Below, piece by piece: positions 30,326-45,399 of a stretch of 64,000 nucleotides of DNA; positions within the stretch are counted from its first letter, which is position 1, and each line of letters begins with the position of its first letter. The notes beneath the pieces are model-generated. The model was not told the DNA's origin. It worked only from the letters and a program-made list of their open reading frames with translations, and made no database searches. The stretch covers positions 113,770,001 to 113,834,000 of the forward strand of contig OZ024745.1 in the NCBI GenBank assembly GCA_964016885.1, given 5' to 3'. This stretch comes from Eledone cirrhosa (lineage: Eukaryota). The translations under genes and the position numbers were made by a program.

Positions 30326-30368
30326 ATACATATACATACATAATCATATATATATATATATATATACA

Positions 30369-30434
<66 letters not shown>

Positions 30435-30493
30435 TATAAATATATATATATATATAAATATATATATATATAAATATATAAATATATATATAT

Positions 30494-30905
<412 letters not shown>

Positions 30906-31012
30906 TATAAACGAAGCTAAATTTTAAACATTTGACTTATTTATTTTATTTTATTTTATATATATATACATATATATTATTCAAAATAGTAATAAATGAA
31001 GACGTTCACAAA

Positions 31013-31217
31013 ATCAAAATATATGTTTTATTATATATATTTCGGAGGTACTGTGTTGTTTTTTCAGTACGTCCTCGTCAGATAAAATACATGAATTGAA
31101 CCTTCAAGTCAGTTGAGGTATGTCATACATCAATTCATGTATTTTATCTGACGAGGACGTACTGGAAAAACACCACAGTAGCTCCGAAATATATATAATA
31201 AAACATATATTTTGATT
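31013..31217. mobile_element. Fold-back mini-element (family I/J/K) with canonical HHRs
   Basis: Arms about 31013-31099 and 31131-31217. HHR 31142-31203: ttttat-CTGACGA-gga.gtactg...cagta.ctcc-GAAA-tatata-TA-ataaaa. Confidence 0.85.
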
Positions 31218-31235
31218 ATATATATATATAAAATC

Positions 31236-31266
<31 letters not shown>

Positions 31267-31372
31267 ATCATATATATATATATATATATGAGATAACAAG
31301 TTATCGTTATACAGCTGACCATGTTATTCTTCAAACTTTCACTATATATATATATCACTATATATATATATA

Positions 31373-31553
31373 TAACGAAGGAAATGTGGTAAGGAATCAG
31401 GTGGACCATAACACACCAAAGTACTCAATACTTAGGGTAGTAGAGTGGGTTATAGGAACGAGTAGGACCCGACGGCTGAGTTCAAGCCGTTTCTACGGCT
31501 AATTCTGGACTAGCCGTCGAAATGGCTTGAGCTCAGCCGTCGGGGTCATACTC

Positions 31554-31560
<7 letters not shown>
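31373..31560 (-). mobile_element. Fold-back mini-element (family L)
   Basis: Reverse-orientation copy of 40261-40453. Arms 31453-31501 and 31511-31560, tail 31373-31452, TA flanks. Confidence 0.85.
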
Positions 31561-31601
<41 letters not shown>

Positions 31602-31603
<2 letters not shown>

Positions 31604-32444
31604 TATTTTCCGTTGTATTGTAATATAAATATTACACACAGTAGATTATCAGCTCACGTAGAGTTTGCTCGACGGCTCCAGTTGTAGTTCCAAAAGTAAT
31701 CCGGAGAAAAATAGAAAGATTTGAATGGATACAGTTTAGTTGAAAGGAATTTATTGACACGTGTTTCTATAACAGTCACATAACCTAAAACAGCTGCTAT
31801 CTACAAACTTTTAGTTATGCAGACATTCAATATTTCAATGTTATTATTTACTGTCATTTCATCAGAATAATATTACTGAGGACCTATTTAGTTTTTATAG
31901 AGAATATTAGGAGGGAGGGGTGAAGTTGTTAGAAGAATAGTTGAAGGAGTGGTTTTTCGATAGCAGTGAGGATTCTTGGTGGCAGTGAGTAATTAGATTC
32001 CCATCTGTTGTTTTGACATTTTTTATAGAATATATTATTGGTTATTTTTCTAAATCTATAGAAGGATTAGAGATAGTGAAGATATGCGTGGTTGGTTTTG
32101 TGTTTGCACTTAATTAGCATTCAGACTTAAATTTTTCTTTCAAGTGTACGTATCCTTTCACCCACGCATTCACACACAAATATATTTGCACACCTCTACA
32201 AAATACATATACTCACAATTCACATATTCATACTTACATATATATACACATGCATACACATATATATACACACATGTATTCATGTACATACATACGCACT
32301 CATGTGCATACATTTTCATACTCAACTTATCTTTATATACACACGTATAGACACACACATATATACATACTTACTCTAGTCCATGTGTACACACATACAC
32401 ATACATACACTTCTATATACACATATATACATACATATACACAC

Positions 32445-32527
<83 letters not shown>

Positions 32528-33685
32528 TATACATACATATATACATATATATATATGCACTTTAATACATGAATACACTTACATCTAACTATACACATCA
32601 AACATATATATATATATTTACTTATTTATATACATTTTCACATATATATATACATACTTATGGACGTTTTTAGACACATTCATTATCGCATATTTGCACC
32701 TATTCTCATCAGCATATCTTTCCATTATTAGTGTGGTAATTTAAGGTTATTAATATATGTTGAGAAGAGATTGTTTTTATATTTTTCTAACTAGATTAAG
32801 GTTTATATAGTTGGGGGATGTCCCTCTTTTATGTAATATTCGGCTTGTAGTGGGAAAAAAGGGTTTTAGTTCTGTGACGGCAGAATAATGTTCGTTCAAT
32901 TCTGTTATTCAGCAGTTTCTTCTTGTATATATGTATATATGTATATATATATGTGTGTATATGTATGTATATATGTGTATATAGAAGTGTATGTATGTGT
33001 ATGTGTGTACACATGGACTAGAGTAAGTATGTATATATGTGTGTGTCTATACGTGTGTATATAAAGATAAGTTGAGTATGAAAATGTATACACATGAGTG
33101 CGTATGTATGTACATGAATACATGTGTGTATATATATGTGTATGCATGTGTATATATATGTAAGTATGAATATGTGAATTGTGAGTATATGTATTTTGTA
33201 GAGGTGTGCAAATATATTTGTGTGTGAATGCGTGGGTGAAAGGATACGTACTCTTGAAAGAAAAATTTAAGCCTGAATGTTAATTAAGTGCAAACACAAA
33301 ACCAACCACGCATATCTTCACTATCTCTAATCCTTCTATAGATTTAGAAAAATAACCAATAATATATTCTATAAAAAATGTCAAAACAACAGATGGGAAT
33401 CTAATTACTCACTGCCACCAAGAATCCTCACTGCTATCGAAAAACCACTCCTTCAACTATTCTTCTAACAACTTCACCCCTCCCTCCTAATATTCTCTAT
33501 AAAAACTAAATAGGTCCTCAGTAATATTATTCTGATGAAATGACAGTAAATAATAACATTGAAATATTGAATGTCTGCATAACTAAAAGTTTGTAGATAG
33601 CAGCTGTTTTAGGTTATGTAACTGTTATAGAAACACGTGTCAATAAATTCCTTTCAACTAAACTGTATCCATTCAAATCTTTCTA
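31602..33685 (-). mobile_element. 5'-truncated Penelope-like element with inverted partial terminal repeat
   Basis: Minus-strand ORF end KKLLNNRIERTLFCRHRTKTLF* (32829-32925). About 750-bp inverted arms 31712-32470 and 32925-33685, tail 31602-31711. HHRs at 31751-31870(-), 33527-33646(+) and 32659-32716(-). Confidence 0.9.
33527..33646 (+). ncRNA. Type I HHR with extended stem II
   Basis: ttatt-CTGATGA-aatgacagt...(about 70 nt)...actgttata-GAAA-cacgtg-TC-aataa. GUC cleavage triplet and palindromic stem III ACACGTGT. Confidence 0.75.
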
Positions 33686-33923
33686 TATATATATATAGTA
33701 GAATAATCGAGAATCGGAATATCAGCCCACGAAATCACGATAAACAATATCCGATATATGTGGCAGAGGGCTCAATAATTTGGAAAAATCAGAGCTATAA
33801 CTATCGTTAAAATACCAACACATAGAGACCATGCCTAAAATCAACCGTGCAGCCGAAAAAGAACGACCAGAAAGATTCGGGTCATTCAAATAAAATATCA
33901 ATAAATTATATATATATATATAT

Positions 33924-33967
<44 letters not shown>

Positions 33968-33984
33968 TGTGTGTGTGTGTGTGT

Positions 33985-34053
<69 letters not shown>

Positions 34054-34474
34054 GATCTCATTTTCCATGTTACCACACGGTGAAGTACATCTAGTTTCGT
34101 AGATACGTTTACGAGCGAAGAAGGTGTTACTGACGTTGAGCCCATAGCAGCGACTCTGCACTAACAGCCTCTCAGTATTGTTGTTTATGCTGAACCACGC
34201 AGAATAAACCATGTCAAGCTCTGTATATTTGAGTTTTGAAGTCATCCATCACTATCTTGATGTCATATAGTGGAACGCAGTCCAAAGCATTCTACATGTG
34301 CTAATAGCATCTCTCGTTATGTTTATCTATTTTAGCCTCTGTTGGGGCATGGGTCTGTACGACTGTTACCTTCTTATATGCTCTTGTTTCATGCTCATGC
34401 AACATGATACCAACCCCTCGAATTTGACATTTTTCCTCTCCAGTGTATAGGAAGGACTGCATTATCTCAAATAG

Positions 34475-34658
34475 GGCGGTGAATTGGCAGTATCGGTAGA
34501 GGGTTGGACGCCATGCTTTCTAGCATAGTTACGTCCCTTTACAGTCTGAGTTCAAATCCCGCCGAGGTTAACTTTGCCTTTCATCCTTACGGGGTCGATA
34601 AAATAAAGTACCAGTAATGTACTGGGTAATTGCTGGTGTTGTGCCTAAAGTAGAAACA
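34475..34658 (+). mobile_element. SINE family A with 14-bp target-site duplication
   Basis: TSD attatctcaaatag at 34461-34474 and 34659-34672. Nearly identical to 58931-59121(-). Confidence 0.92.
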
Positions 34659-35203
34659 ATTATCTCAAATAGTGACACGCCCTTGGTATGTGCAATACGT
34701 TTTTCACTGATGCCCAATATGCCTATACGATGAGTGATCATCTCTTTTGAACAGTGTTCTGGCATTCTTTTAGTCTTCTTCACACTTCAGATCTGACTTG
34801 ATAGAGTCAGAGCGCCATTTCGGTTCTAGATGCAACTGTTGACACACTGTCGCTTAACAGCTTTTTTAATGAATGTTTGGAATCTGTCCGTCGTCTTTGT
34901 AACAATTTCAATTAGTGACGGTAAAGATGCTAGCCTTGCTTTCCATCCTTCCTCTCTACTCAAGCCGGTTCGGATACCAACCAGGAGTTTCGAAGTCAAT
35001 TAAGGGATTCCGTAATCCTAGATGCTCTCAGCCGAAGCCAGCTACACCTGAGACTAACGTAGGAAAGGATCATCACCCTCTGTAGTAATGACTGACGTCA
35101 TTATCCACTGTTTATCTTACTTTTAGAGTAGCAAAGATGTTCAACAAGAAGTGAAAATAAAATTCAGTGACGTCATTGCTCACAGAAGCTATGCCAATGT
35201 ATA

Positions 35204-35500
35204 TCTATATATCTAAACCAGAGAATGTCTGTCTGTCTGTCTGAGTCCCTAAAACTCGAGAGCCACCCAATCGATTGTTTTCAAACTTTACACATGTAAT
35301 ACTTATGGTCCTGTGAGTGTTTTGAGCAAAGAATATTTCAAATTTTCAATGCCCTAGGGACTGCATTAGACGATTTAGCGATCTCTCTCTATAATTCTTA
35401 GTCTTTCTTTTTAGATAGATACATAGATATAACGTTGCGCCCTTATAATATCTGTCTGTATGCCTGGTTGTCTGCATTGCGACATTATGATGCTATATGT
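35204..35500 (+). mobile_element. Non-autonomous Helitron, 5' part
   Basis: A|TCtatatatctaaa...tgtctgtctgtctg 5' end typical of animal Helitrons; overlaps in sequence with 13045-13120. Confidence 0.6.
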
Positions 35501-35529
35501 GTCTGTGTGTGTATATATATATATATATA

Positions 35530-35577
<48 letters not shown>

Positions 35578-35582
35578 TGTGT

Positions 35583-35817
<235 letters not shown>

Positions 35818-36425
35818 ATTATAAATTCGTGTACAGATATTTTTGCATACACAATAACAAAATATAAACAAACGTATCTATTTCACGAGGCTCGATAGAG
35901 GCAATTCCGAGCAAGGCCGGGCCATTCTGCTAGTTGTGGTTAAAGCGCTGTTGTTAAGGTTTGCTGTTAAGACTAAAAGTAACGTCGGCAACGTTGACAA
36001 CTTAAGGGCTGGACCCATCGTAATTTTCCAATATAATTCTTTGAAGAAATTATAAAATTCGTTTCTATTTTTTTCTTTTTGTTGGCTGATGGTTGATGTT
36101 ATGAAAGGTGAATAAACCATACAATCTATAATTGTGGCTAATTTTAGTTGATTGTTTTCATATTGTCATTGTCATAGAATAAAATGGATATACTTACGTT
36201 TAGAATTATATAAATTTTAGAAATAGTTATAGGTGAGAAGTCTTTTCCGAGGTTCAATGCATCTATCAAGATAGGTTGGAAAACGAAGAGTCAATAATCT
36301 ATATTGTCAAACTTGATGAATCTACAACCTTCCTGAGATGATAGAGAGCTAAAGCAAATATTCACAGAATTCCTATTCTCCGATTCGGGCAGCTGGTTTT
36401 AGAAATTATATTGTCAAAATAAGTG

Positions 36426-36750
36426 AAGGCGCGAGGGTTATTGATTAAGGTATTCGGTTCACAATCGTAGGGCCGTGGATTCTATTCCGGGCGGCGCGTT
36501 GTGTCCTTGGGCAAGGCACTTTACTTCACATTACTCCAGTCCACTCAGCTGGCAAAAATGAGTTGCACCTGTAATTTGAAAGGCCAGCATTGTCACATTC
36601 TGTATCACGCTGAATCTCACTGAGTACTATGTTAAGGGTATATGTGTCTATGAAATGCTCAGCCACTTGCAGTTTAATTTTACGAACAGGCTGTTCCGTT
36701 GATCAAATCAACAGCAACACTTGTTGCCCTGACCGACGGAGTGCCAGTTT
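36426..36750 (+). mobile_element. tRNA-derived SINE family B (CORE-like)
   Basis: tRNA-like head, ttgtgtccttgggcaaggcact core, 3' end gttccgttgatc...ccgacggagtgcc. Other copies at 55447-55727, 56862-56940(-) and 59612-59865; fragments at 17215-17330, 21790-21918(-) and 37900-38000(-). Confidence 0.8.
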
Positions 36751-38969
36751 TTTTTTTCTATCAAGAATATACTTTCTAACGTATTTATATTTGTTTTTAG
36801 TGGGGTAAATGAGCATTGTGCTGTTTGCAAAAATACTTAGATGATTCTTCAAGGTGAAGTTTGAGATTTGTAATAGTAAATGTTCTATTTCATAATTTAT
36901 GTCAAAATCGGTTGCTATCAAATTTGTTACTTAATAGGATGTCATTTAAAGTTAAAATTTTGATTTGTGTATGAGATGCTGTTCGCCAGGAATTTATGTC
37001 AGATAGGTTTAAACAAATTTATGAATATTTAAATATTTTCAGATTGTACAAAACTATTTTTGTTGCTATTGACAAGGGGCCGGATTAAATCCTTTTACGG
37101 CCTTAAACATTTAAAAGATTAGGGCAATTTCCCCCCCCCCCCCTGCAACATCTTTTTTCTTTAAACAAACCCACTTGCTGCATGAAGCATTTAAACGGAA
37201 TTCACATTGTGTGCTAGCATTAATCTGGTCTTCACTTCGTTTTCGTCTCCACACACTTTCTATGATTTTAACGCATTCACTTACTGGTGTCCATCTCCGT
37301 CAATATTTTCTCTTTGAAGAAATCTACAATGGTTATGCCTACTTCATCTCTTTTGCTGACCAACTTACGGGAAGAAAATGAATAGCCTCACTCAGTTTTG
37401 CCTCACTAGACCTGCGAACAAAATGTTCAATTAACGTTTCTTGGACGCTATTCCGTTAACATATTTTTTTATATAAAACAGTTTGTTTTAAAATGTTGAA
37501 AATAGTAATAGTTTGGCCGCTACAGTTCTGAATTCTTTCTATGACTGTTTCAAAGTAAATTATTTATTACAAGCACAAATTGAACAAGATTTTAAATAGC
37601 TTTATGAGTTGAAATTCTGGACAGAAAACGCAAACAGGTTATGCGTTATATTTAATGTTCTTACTTCCAGGGTTATTATATCGAGCTCCTATACATTACT
37701 GATATCATTTATTACTGTCCCCTAAAGGATGAGCGATGAAATTTATCTGAGCAGGATTTGAACTCAGAACATAAATAATAATGACTAATATCGAGCTGAA
37801 GGCCAAGAATTTTGAAGCAAAAGTTTGTTATTGTTACAGCTCACACGTTCGGAACTTTAGCTGGTATCTTATGAGGTTATATGACATAGAGTGTTTCATA
37901 GAAAGCAGCGTGAAATGAACACAATGCGATACTCTTCCAAGAATCGAACCCCAAACCTTATGATAGTGAATCAAACATTCTAACTATAATTCCACATGCC
38001 ATCACTGGAAGGAAAGTGTACTTTAGATTAAATCACGTATTATATGCCAGTAATACACTGTGTAATTGCTGGCCTTGTGCCTAACGTAGAAACAATTATA
38101 TGACTGAAACTTATTTTATCGACTTCCAGACTGCGATGAAATGCAAAGTCGACTCGGCGGTATTTGAACCCAGAGTTCTAAGTAATTTAAATTAAATACC
38201 ACAATACAATCTAGTTCAATATTCTACAATCCCGCACATCCCAATCTAGCTTGTTTCTGATACATTCTCTTCTATATATTTCTATATATGATTTATTATT
38301 ACTTTTCCACGACTAGTTTCTATACATTGAATCTAGGACACATTGTGATGTGGAGCTATCACCAATCAAAAGTCGCCTCAGTATGAAAAGGTGGAGCTTG
38401 TAGTTGTGATGCTGGGAGTAATAAAAAAAAAGGGGGGACAGCGAATATAGCGGAAAACGAATAAGCGACCAGGAAATAGGGACGCGTGAAGAAGGAGTGA
38501 GATAGGTAGGGTCTGTAAACTGACCGACCATCTTATATTCAGGCTTGAATGAACAAGTGTGAGAACATTAAACATTGGTGGTAGAAGGAGATATAGGGAT
38601 AGAGTCGCGTGTATTGAAGGAAGATAGATAGATAGATTATACTGATAAATAGAGAGAGTGTGGGAGAGAGAGAAATAGGGAGAGAGAGAGAAATAGGGGG
38701 AGAAAGAGAAAGAGCGTGTGTGAGTGTGAGAGAGAGAGAGCAGAGTGAAGAAAAAAAAAGGGTGTAGAGTCGATTAGAGGGAATGAAATTGAGAGTGACA
38801 AAGTTAAATCAATTAGGGAGGGATTGGAGGCACTAAATGAGTAGGAGGTACACGTTAGTGGGTGTAGGAAGGAGGGGGAGGAGGAAGTGACACCATGGCG
38901 ATAGTTGATCAGAGACGTAGGATGTGTATGACATGAGAGAGAGGGGATATATATATATATATATATATA

Positions 38970-39089
<120 letters not shown>

Positions 39090-39097
39090 CATATTTG

Positions 39098-39142
<45 letters not shown>

Positions 39143-39154
39143 GTATATATATAC

Positions 39155-39194
<40 letters not shown>

Positions 39195-39219
39195 TAAGTT
39201 GAAATAAAATACTTACATT

Positions 39220-39305
<86 letters not shown>

Positions 39306-39377
39306 ATGTATATATATATATATGTATATAAATATATATATATATATAAATATATATATATAAATATATATATATAT

Positions 39378-39436
<59 letters not shown>

Positions 39437-40260
39437 GTGTGTGTGTGTGTCTCTGTGTGTGTGTGTATGTGTGTGTGTGTGTGTGCGTGTCTCGAGAGGA
39501 AGAGAGAGAGAGAGTGAGGAGAGAGAGAGAGAAAGAGAGAGAGATTTAAGATTGTAGAAAGAGTAGAAGGTGATATGTAGTAAAACGAAGCTACTTGAAT
39601 ACCGAAATATGCCGCGAGATAGCAAGGAACGAATTGATGATGTGGTGGAGAGCGATTGTGTGTGAATGTACGCGTGAATGACGTGTGTGTATGTGTCTGC
39701 TTGAGTCTGTCTATGTTGTGCGTGTGTATTTTATGTATGTGTGGCTTTACTTTACATATATACAGAATTATAGTATGTTTACATGTGATATTCTTATGTT
39801 ACTGTATGTATATATGAGTATGTATTATGCATATGTGTGTGCGCGCATTGAAATAAAAGTGTGCGAAAAACGCAAATAGCTAGAGACAATGAAAGAGAGA
39901 GAGGGGGGAGAGAGAGAGAGATAGGGAGAAAGAGTGAGAGAGAGAGATGGTAGGAGTGAGAGGTGGAAATTGAGAGTGAGAGCTTCAGAAAGATGTTATG
40001 ACAGGCCACACATCGGTATATCTGTCTGTCAAAGCTTGTTGTGTCTTACTTTTAGTGTGGCTTGCTTCGAACCTAACAGATATGACAGAGAATCAAACGA
40101 TAACTTTTCTTTCCTATTCTATCTGCCTCAATCACTAATAATTCTCTCTTTTTCCTTCTCTTTCGCATCTAATACACACACACACACAGAGACAGACAGA
40201 TACAGGCACATAAACAAACACACCCACTTTGTGCATAAAATATATATATATATATATATA

Positions 40261-40453
40261 TAGGAACGAGTAGGACCCCGACGGCTGAGCTCAAGCCGTT
40301 TCGACGGCTAATTCAGTCCAGAATTAGCCGTCGAAACGGCTTGAGCTCAGCCGTCGGGGTCCTACTCGTTCCTATTACCCACTCTACTATCCTAAGTATT
40401 GAGTACTTTGGTACGTTATGGTCCATCTGGTTCCTTACCACATTTCCTTCGTT
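40261..40453 (+). mobile_element. Fold-back mini-element (family L) built on the 3' half of an HHR
   Basis: Perfect arms 40261-40314 and 40321-40374, 6-nt loop, tail to 40453, TA flanks. The arm reads GAAA-cggct(tgagctc)agccg-TC. Confidence 0.9.
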
Positions 40454-40511
40454 ATATATATATGTGTGTGTGTATGTGTGTATATATATATATACGTATG
40501 TATGTGTGTGC

Positions 40512-40550
<39 letters not shown>

Positions 40551-40600
40551 TGTGTGTGTGTGTCTGTGTGTATATATACATATATATGTATGTGTGTGCA

Positions 40601-40639
<39 letters not shown>

Positions 40640-40699
40640 GTATGAATGTGTGTGTGTGTGTATATATATATGTTGGGTCACTCTTCAGTGCTACTGGTA

Positions 40700-41230
40700 A
40701 CATGTAACCCAGTACAACCTGTCGCATGGTCGGGTCGTCGGCGACTAAACCGGCAACCCCACCAAGTTTACTTGGTGAGGAGGCTGATTTTGGACACCCT
40801 GTAGGACAAAAAACAAAGCCTGACAAAGAGCAGAAGAACTCATAAGGATCAACGGCCATCCAAAAGTGTGTAAATATGTATATACACATGTACATATGTA
40901 TGTATATGTATATGTGTATATACATGGGTGCATGTGTATGTATATGCGCGTGCACTTAGAAATAGTCGGGCTGGACACTCCATCGCGCGGTTAAACCACT
41001 GGGAGTGAAGGACCCCTAGCCTTTGTCAGGGCATTCTTCTAGGAGAAGGCAACTCAGAAAACTGGGATAACTCCGACATAAAACCTGCGGCTCAGTAGTT
41101 ACCGATGGTGTTGATCTTTTCTTCTTTTCGGGTTATAGCTACTGTCGCTCAGAGAGTGGGATTGGCTCAGTGCACAGTCTTTCCTAACTATAAAAAAAAT
41201 ATCTTCACGCCCAGGCATTGCACGATAGAA
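40700..41230 (+). mobile_element. Possible RTE-like LINE 5' UTR fragment
   Basis: gtcagggcattcttctaggagaaggcaactc resembles RTE 5'-UTR motifs as I recall them; no ORF. Confidence 0.35.
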
Positions 41231-41362
41231 TTAATTAATAATTATTAATAGCGGTATATCGTGCAATGGCCATACTCGATAACGACGGGGCAGCCATCAT
41301 ATATACATATATATGCATATATATGTGTGTGTGTATGTGTGTGTGTGGATGTGAATGTGTGT

Positions 41363-41471
<109 letters not shown>

Positions 41472-41851
41472 CTGTCTACGTGATTGTCTCGTTACATATA
41501 ATGCTTTCTTCTACTTTTTCTCTTGATCATCATTATTCTATTTCATTTTATTTATCAATATTTCACAGTATTCTGTTCATGAATGAATTTTTCTGTCACT
41601 TTTCTGAAGATATACCTATATCACCTCCACCCCACTCACCTCCACCCCACTCACTTCCACCCCACTCACCTCCACTCTCTTCCTTCATCTCTCTCACTTT
41701 CAAATAAAACATACAACACTACACTTCTCTCTGTCTCTCTTCACTTTTAGACTATCATTATCTGATCCACTCACTCACATAGTCTAAATCTCTTTCTCAA
41801 GTATTATCAGTCTTCGACCTCTGCTACCACCGCCGCCCTGACATTCTCACT

Positions 41852-41915
<64 letters not shown>

Positions 41916-41995
41916 CTTTCTCTCTCTCTTTCTCTCTTACTCTCTCTCCCTCTTTCTCTCTCTCTCTCTGTCTTACTCTCTCTCTTACTCTCTCC

Positions 41996-42111
<116 letters not shown>

Positions 42112-42603
42112 CACACTCCTCTTCACCTCTCCTCCCTCTCACTGCGACGACAATCTATCACCTCCACTCTCAATGTACATCCCACCAACACAATCACCCG
42201 CTATCTATCACATCAATTTCTCTCCTCCCACTACTCTACTCATGTTGTATGCCATTCTGCCTTAACTGGTGTCCCCCCTCACCTCACCTTCCGTGTTTAG
42301 TACTACAAACACTCCCCATGCCAACCCCACCACTAACATTCATACCATCACCACCAACAACAACTTCACCAGCACTACTGCACTTTTTCTTCATCACAGT
42401 CTCCATCAGAACTACCACCACTACCTCTACCCCCCCCCACATCACCATTCAACATCACCACCCCCACCACCACCACCACCCCACCCCCACCATCACAACT
42501 ACTCCTCGTCCGAACAGCACTCTGCTCTGCAGCCACCAGTACCACACACCACCATACCACCACAACAACACTCACCATTACAAGCATCACCACTACTAGC
42601 ATT

Positions 42604-43270
42604 ACCCTCACAAACATCACAACAACCCCGCACCACCACCACCACCACCCTCACAAACATCACAACAACCCCTCACCACCACCACCACCACCCCTCATAA
42701 ACATCACAACTACCCATCACCACCACCACCCTCACAAACATCACAACAACCCCTCACCACCACCACCACCCTCACAAACATCACAACAACCCCGCACCAA
42801 CACCACCACCACCCTCACAAACATCACAACAACCCCTCACCACCACCACCACCCTCATAAACATCACAACTACCCATCACCACCACCACCCTCACAAACA
42901 TCACAACTACCCCTCACCACCACCACCACCCTCACAAACATCACAACAACCCCGCACCACCACCACCACCCTCACAAACATCACAACAACCCCTCACCAC
43001 CACCACCACCCTCATAAACATCACAACTACCCATCACCACCACCACCCTCACAAACATCATAACAACCCCTTACCACCACCATCACCCTCACAAACATCA
43101 CAACAACCCCTCACCATCACTACCCTCACAACCATCACAACAACCCCTCACCACCACCATCATCCTCACAAACATCACAACTACCCCTCACTACCACCAC
43201 CCTCACAAACATCACAACAACCCCTCACCACCACCACCCTCACAAACATCACAACTACCCCTCACCACGA
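42604..43270. repeat. About 30-36-bp minisatellite, about 20 units
   Basis: Unit ccctcacaaacatcacaac(a/t)acccctca(cca)n. Confidence 0.9.
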
Positions 43271-43369
43271 CCAGCACTCACCCCTACAACCACCAGAACG
43301 ACTCACCATCCCGCCTCAACACTCACCATCAGAGGTATCACCACTACTACTGACCAGCAGTAGCACCAC

Positions 43370-44190
43370 CACCACTACACACAAGACCTACCACAAGTAC
43401 CACCTCAACCACAATACCAACTAGTACCACTACCCACCACACCAACCACTACCTCCACAAGTACCACTACCACCACACTACAACCACTACCTACACCACA
43501 AGTACCACTACCAACCAACAGACCACCTACTACCACACCAGTACCACTACCCACCAACAACCACATACACCTACAAGTACCACTACCCACCACAAGTCCA
43601 CCTATCTACCACCTACAACCACCACTACCACCACAAGTACCACTACCACCACAACCACCACTACCAACACCAGTACCACTACCACCACAACCACCACTAT
43701 CACCACCACCAGCACCACCAAAACCACTATTACCACCACCACCACCACCAGAAGCACCACCACCACCACCAAAACCACCACTACCACCACCACCACCAAC
43801 ACTATCACCACTATCACCACTATCACCACCACACCAAAGCCACCACCACCACCACCACAACCACCAACACTATCACCACTATCACCACCACCACCACCAC
43901 CACCACCATCACCTACAACAACACTATCACCACCACCACCACCACCACCACCACCACCACCACCACCACCACCACCACCACCACCACTACCGCCACCACC
44001 ACCACCACCACCACCACCACCACCACCACCACCACCACCAACAACAACACTATCACCACTGTCACCACCACCACCAAAACCACTACCACCACCACTACCG
44101 CCACCACTATCACCACCACCACTACCGCCACCATCACCTACAACAACACTATCACCACCACCACCACCGCCACCACCACCCACGACAACA
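43370..44190. repeat. Degenerate (CCA)n / caagtaccactacc low-complexity array
   Basis: Tandem CCA-based repeats; the Gly/Val ORFs here are artefacts. Confidence 0.85.
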
Positions 44191-44490
44191 TTCATCACTC
44201 TACTATATTGATGTTAAATCTCGCAACTTCACAATATCACACCCACAAACAAACAAACGTCATTTGCCGCCATTAAAGCTGGCAATTACCTTTCCCTCCT
44301 CCTCCCTCCACCTCCTCTCTCCACCTCCTCCTCCTTATCCCGACCTTCTCTCTCATTCTCACTCTCTCCCCCTCTTTCTCTATCTTTCCTTCTTGCTCCT
44401 AACGTCCACCTTCCATTCAGTCTCTTTCTTTATAATAATATTTCCATCCCTCCCACATTCACTCTGTCTTCAGATCACCATCGCGCGTAC

Positions 44491-44532
<42 letters not shown>

Positions 44533-44553
44533 GTATACATACATTTATATATA

Positions 44554-44599
<46 letters not shown>

Positions 44600-44840
44600 G
44601 CGTGTGTCTGCACCTATGCGAGCGCACGTATGCTGTATATGTGTGTGTATGTGTGTATGAGTGAGTGTAGAGCATGTATGTGTTTTGTGTGTGTGTGTTT
44701 CCACAAACATTTATCACTGTTGCAAGAGAAGTGCAATGTCAAAGCTTCTTCCAACCTGATTAGTTTGCAGTGATATTTTAATATCAAATACTGGGATATG
44801 ATACACTGGTGATATACGATATACTGATCTCTCTCTCTCC

Positions 44841-44922
<82 letters not shown>

Positions 44923-45119
44923 CTTTCTCAACTCTGCTTCTCTATCTATTTATCTCTCTCTGTAACTTTGCAAACTGTCACACACACACATTTGAAAACA
45001 CACACACACACACACACACGTATATATACATACATACAAACATACATATATATATATATATACATATACATACACACAGATACACACACATACATATAAA
45101 GATATATATATATATATAC

Positions 45120-45203
<84 letters not shown>

Positions 45204-45315
45204 GTATATATATATATATATATAAATATATATATATACGTATATATATATATATATATAGACACCTAAAGACCCTTGAATCTGTCTCTCTCTGTGTATG
45301 TATATATATATATAA

Positions 45316-45399
<84 letters not shown>

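Noticed and set aside
35878-36120. Minus-strand ORF with a signal-peptide-like stretch
   Set aside because: Short, with no recognisable family and no clear splice support.
37074-37140. hAT-like terminus (ggggccggattaa), with a possible counterpart type at 54790-54860
   Set aside because: No matching partner end or 8-bp TSD could be established.
42604-43270. CRISPR-like regularly spaced repeats
   Set aside because: No unique spacers, eukaryotic context and no cas genes; it is a minisatellite.
43602-44198. Gly/Val-rich 198-aa ORF resembling a glycine-rich structural protein
   Set aside because: Pure (GGT)n repeat open in several frames, with no splice or start context.
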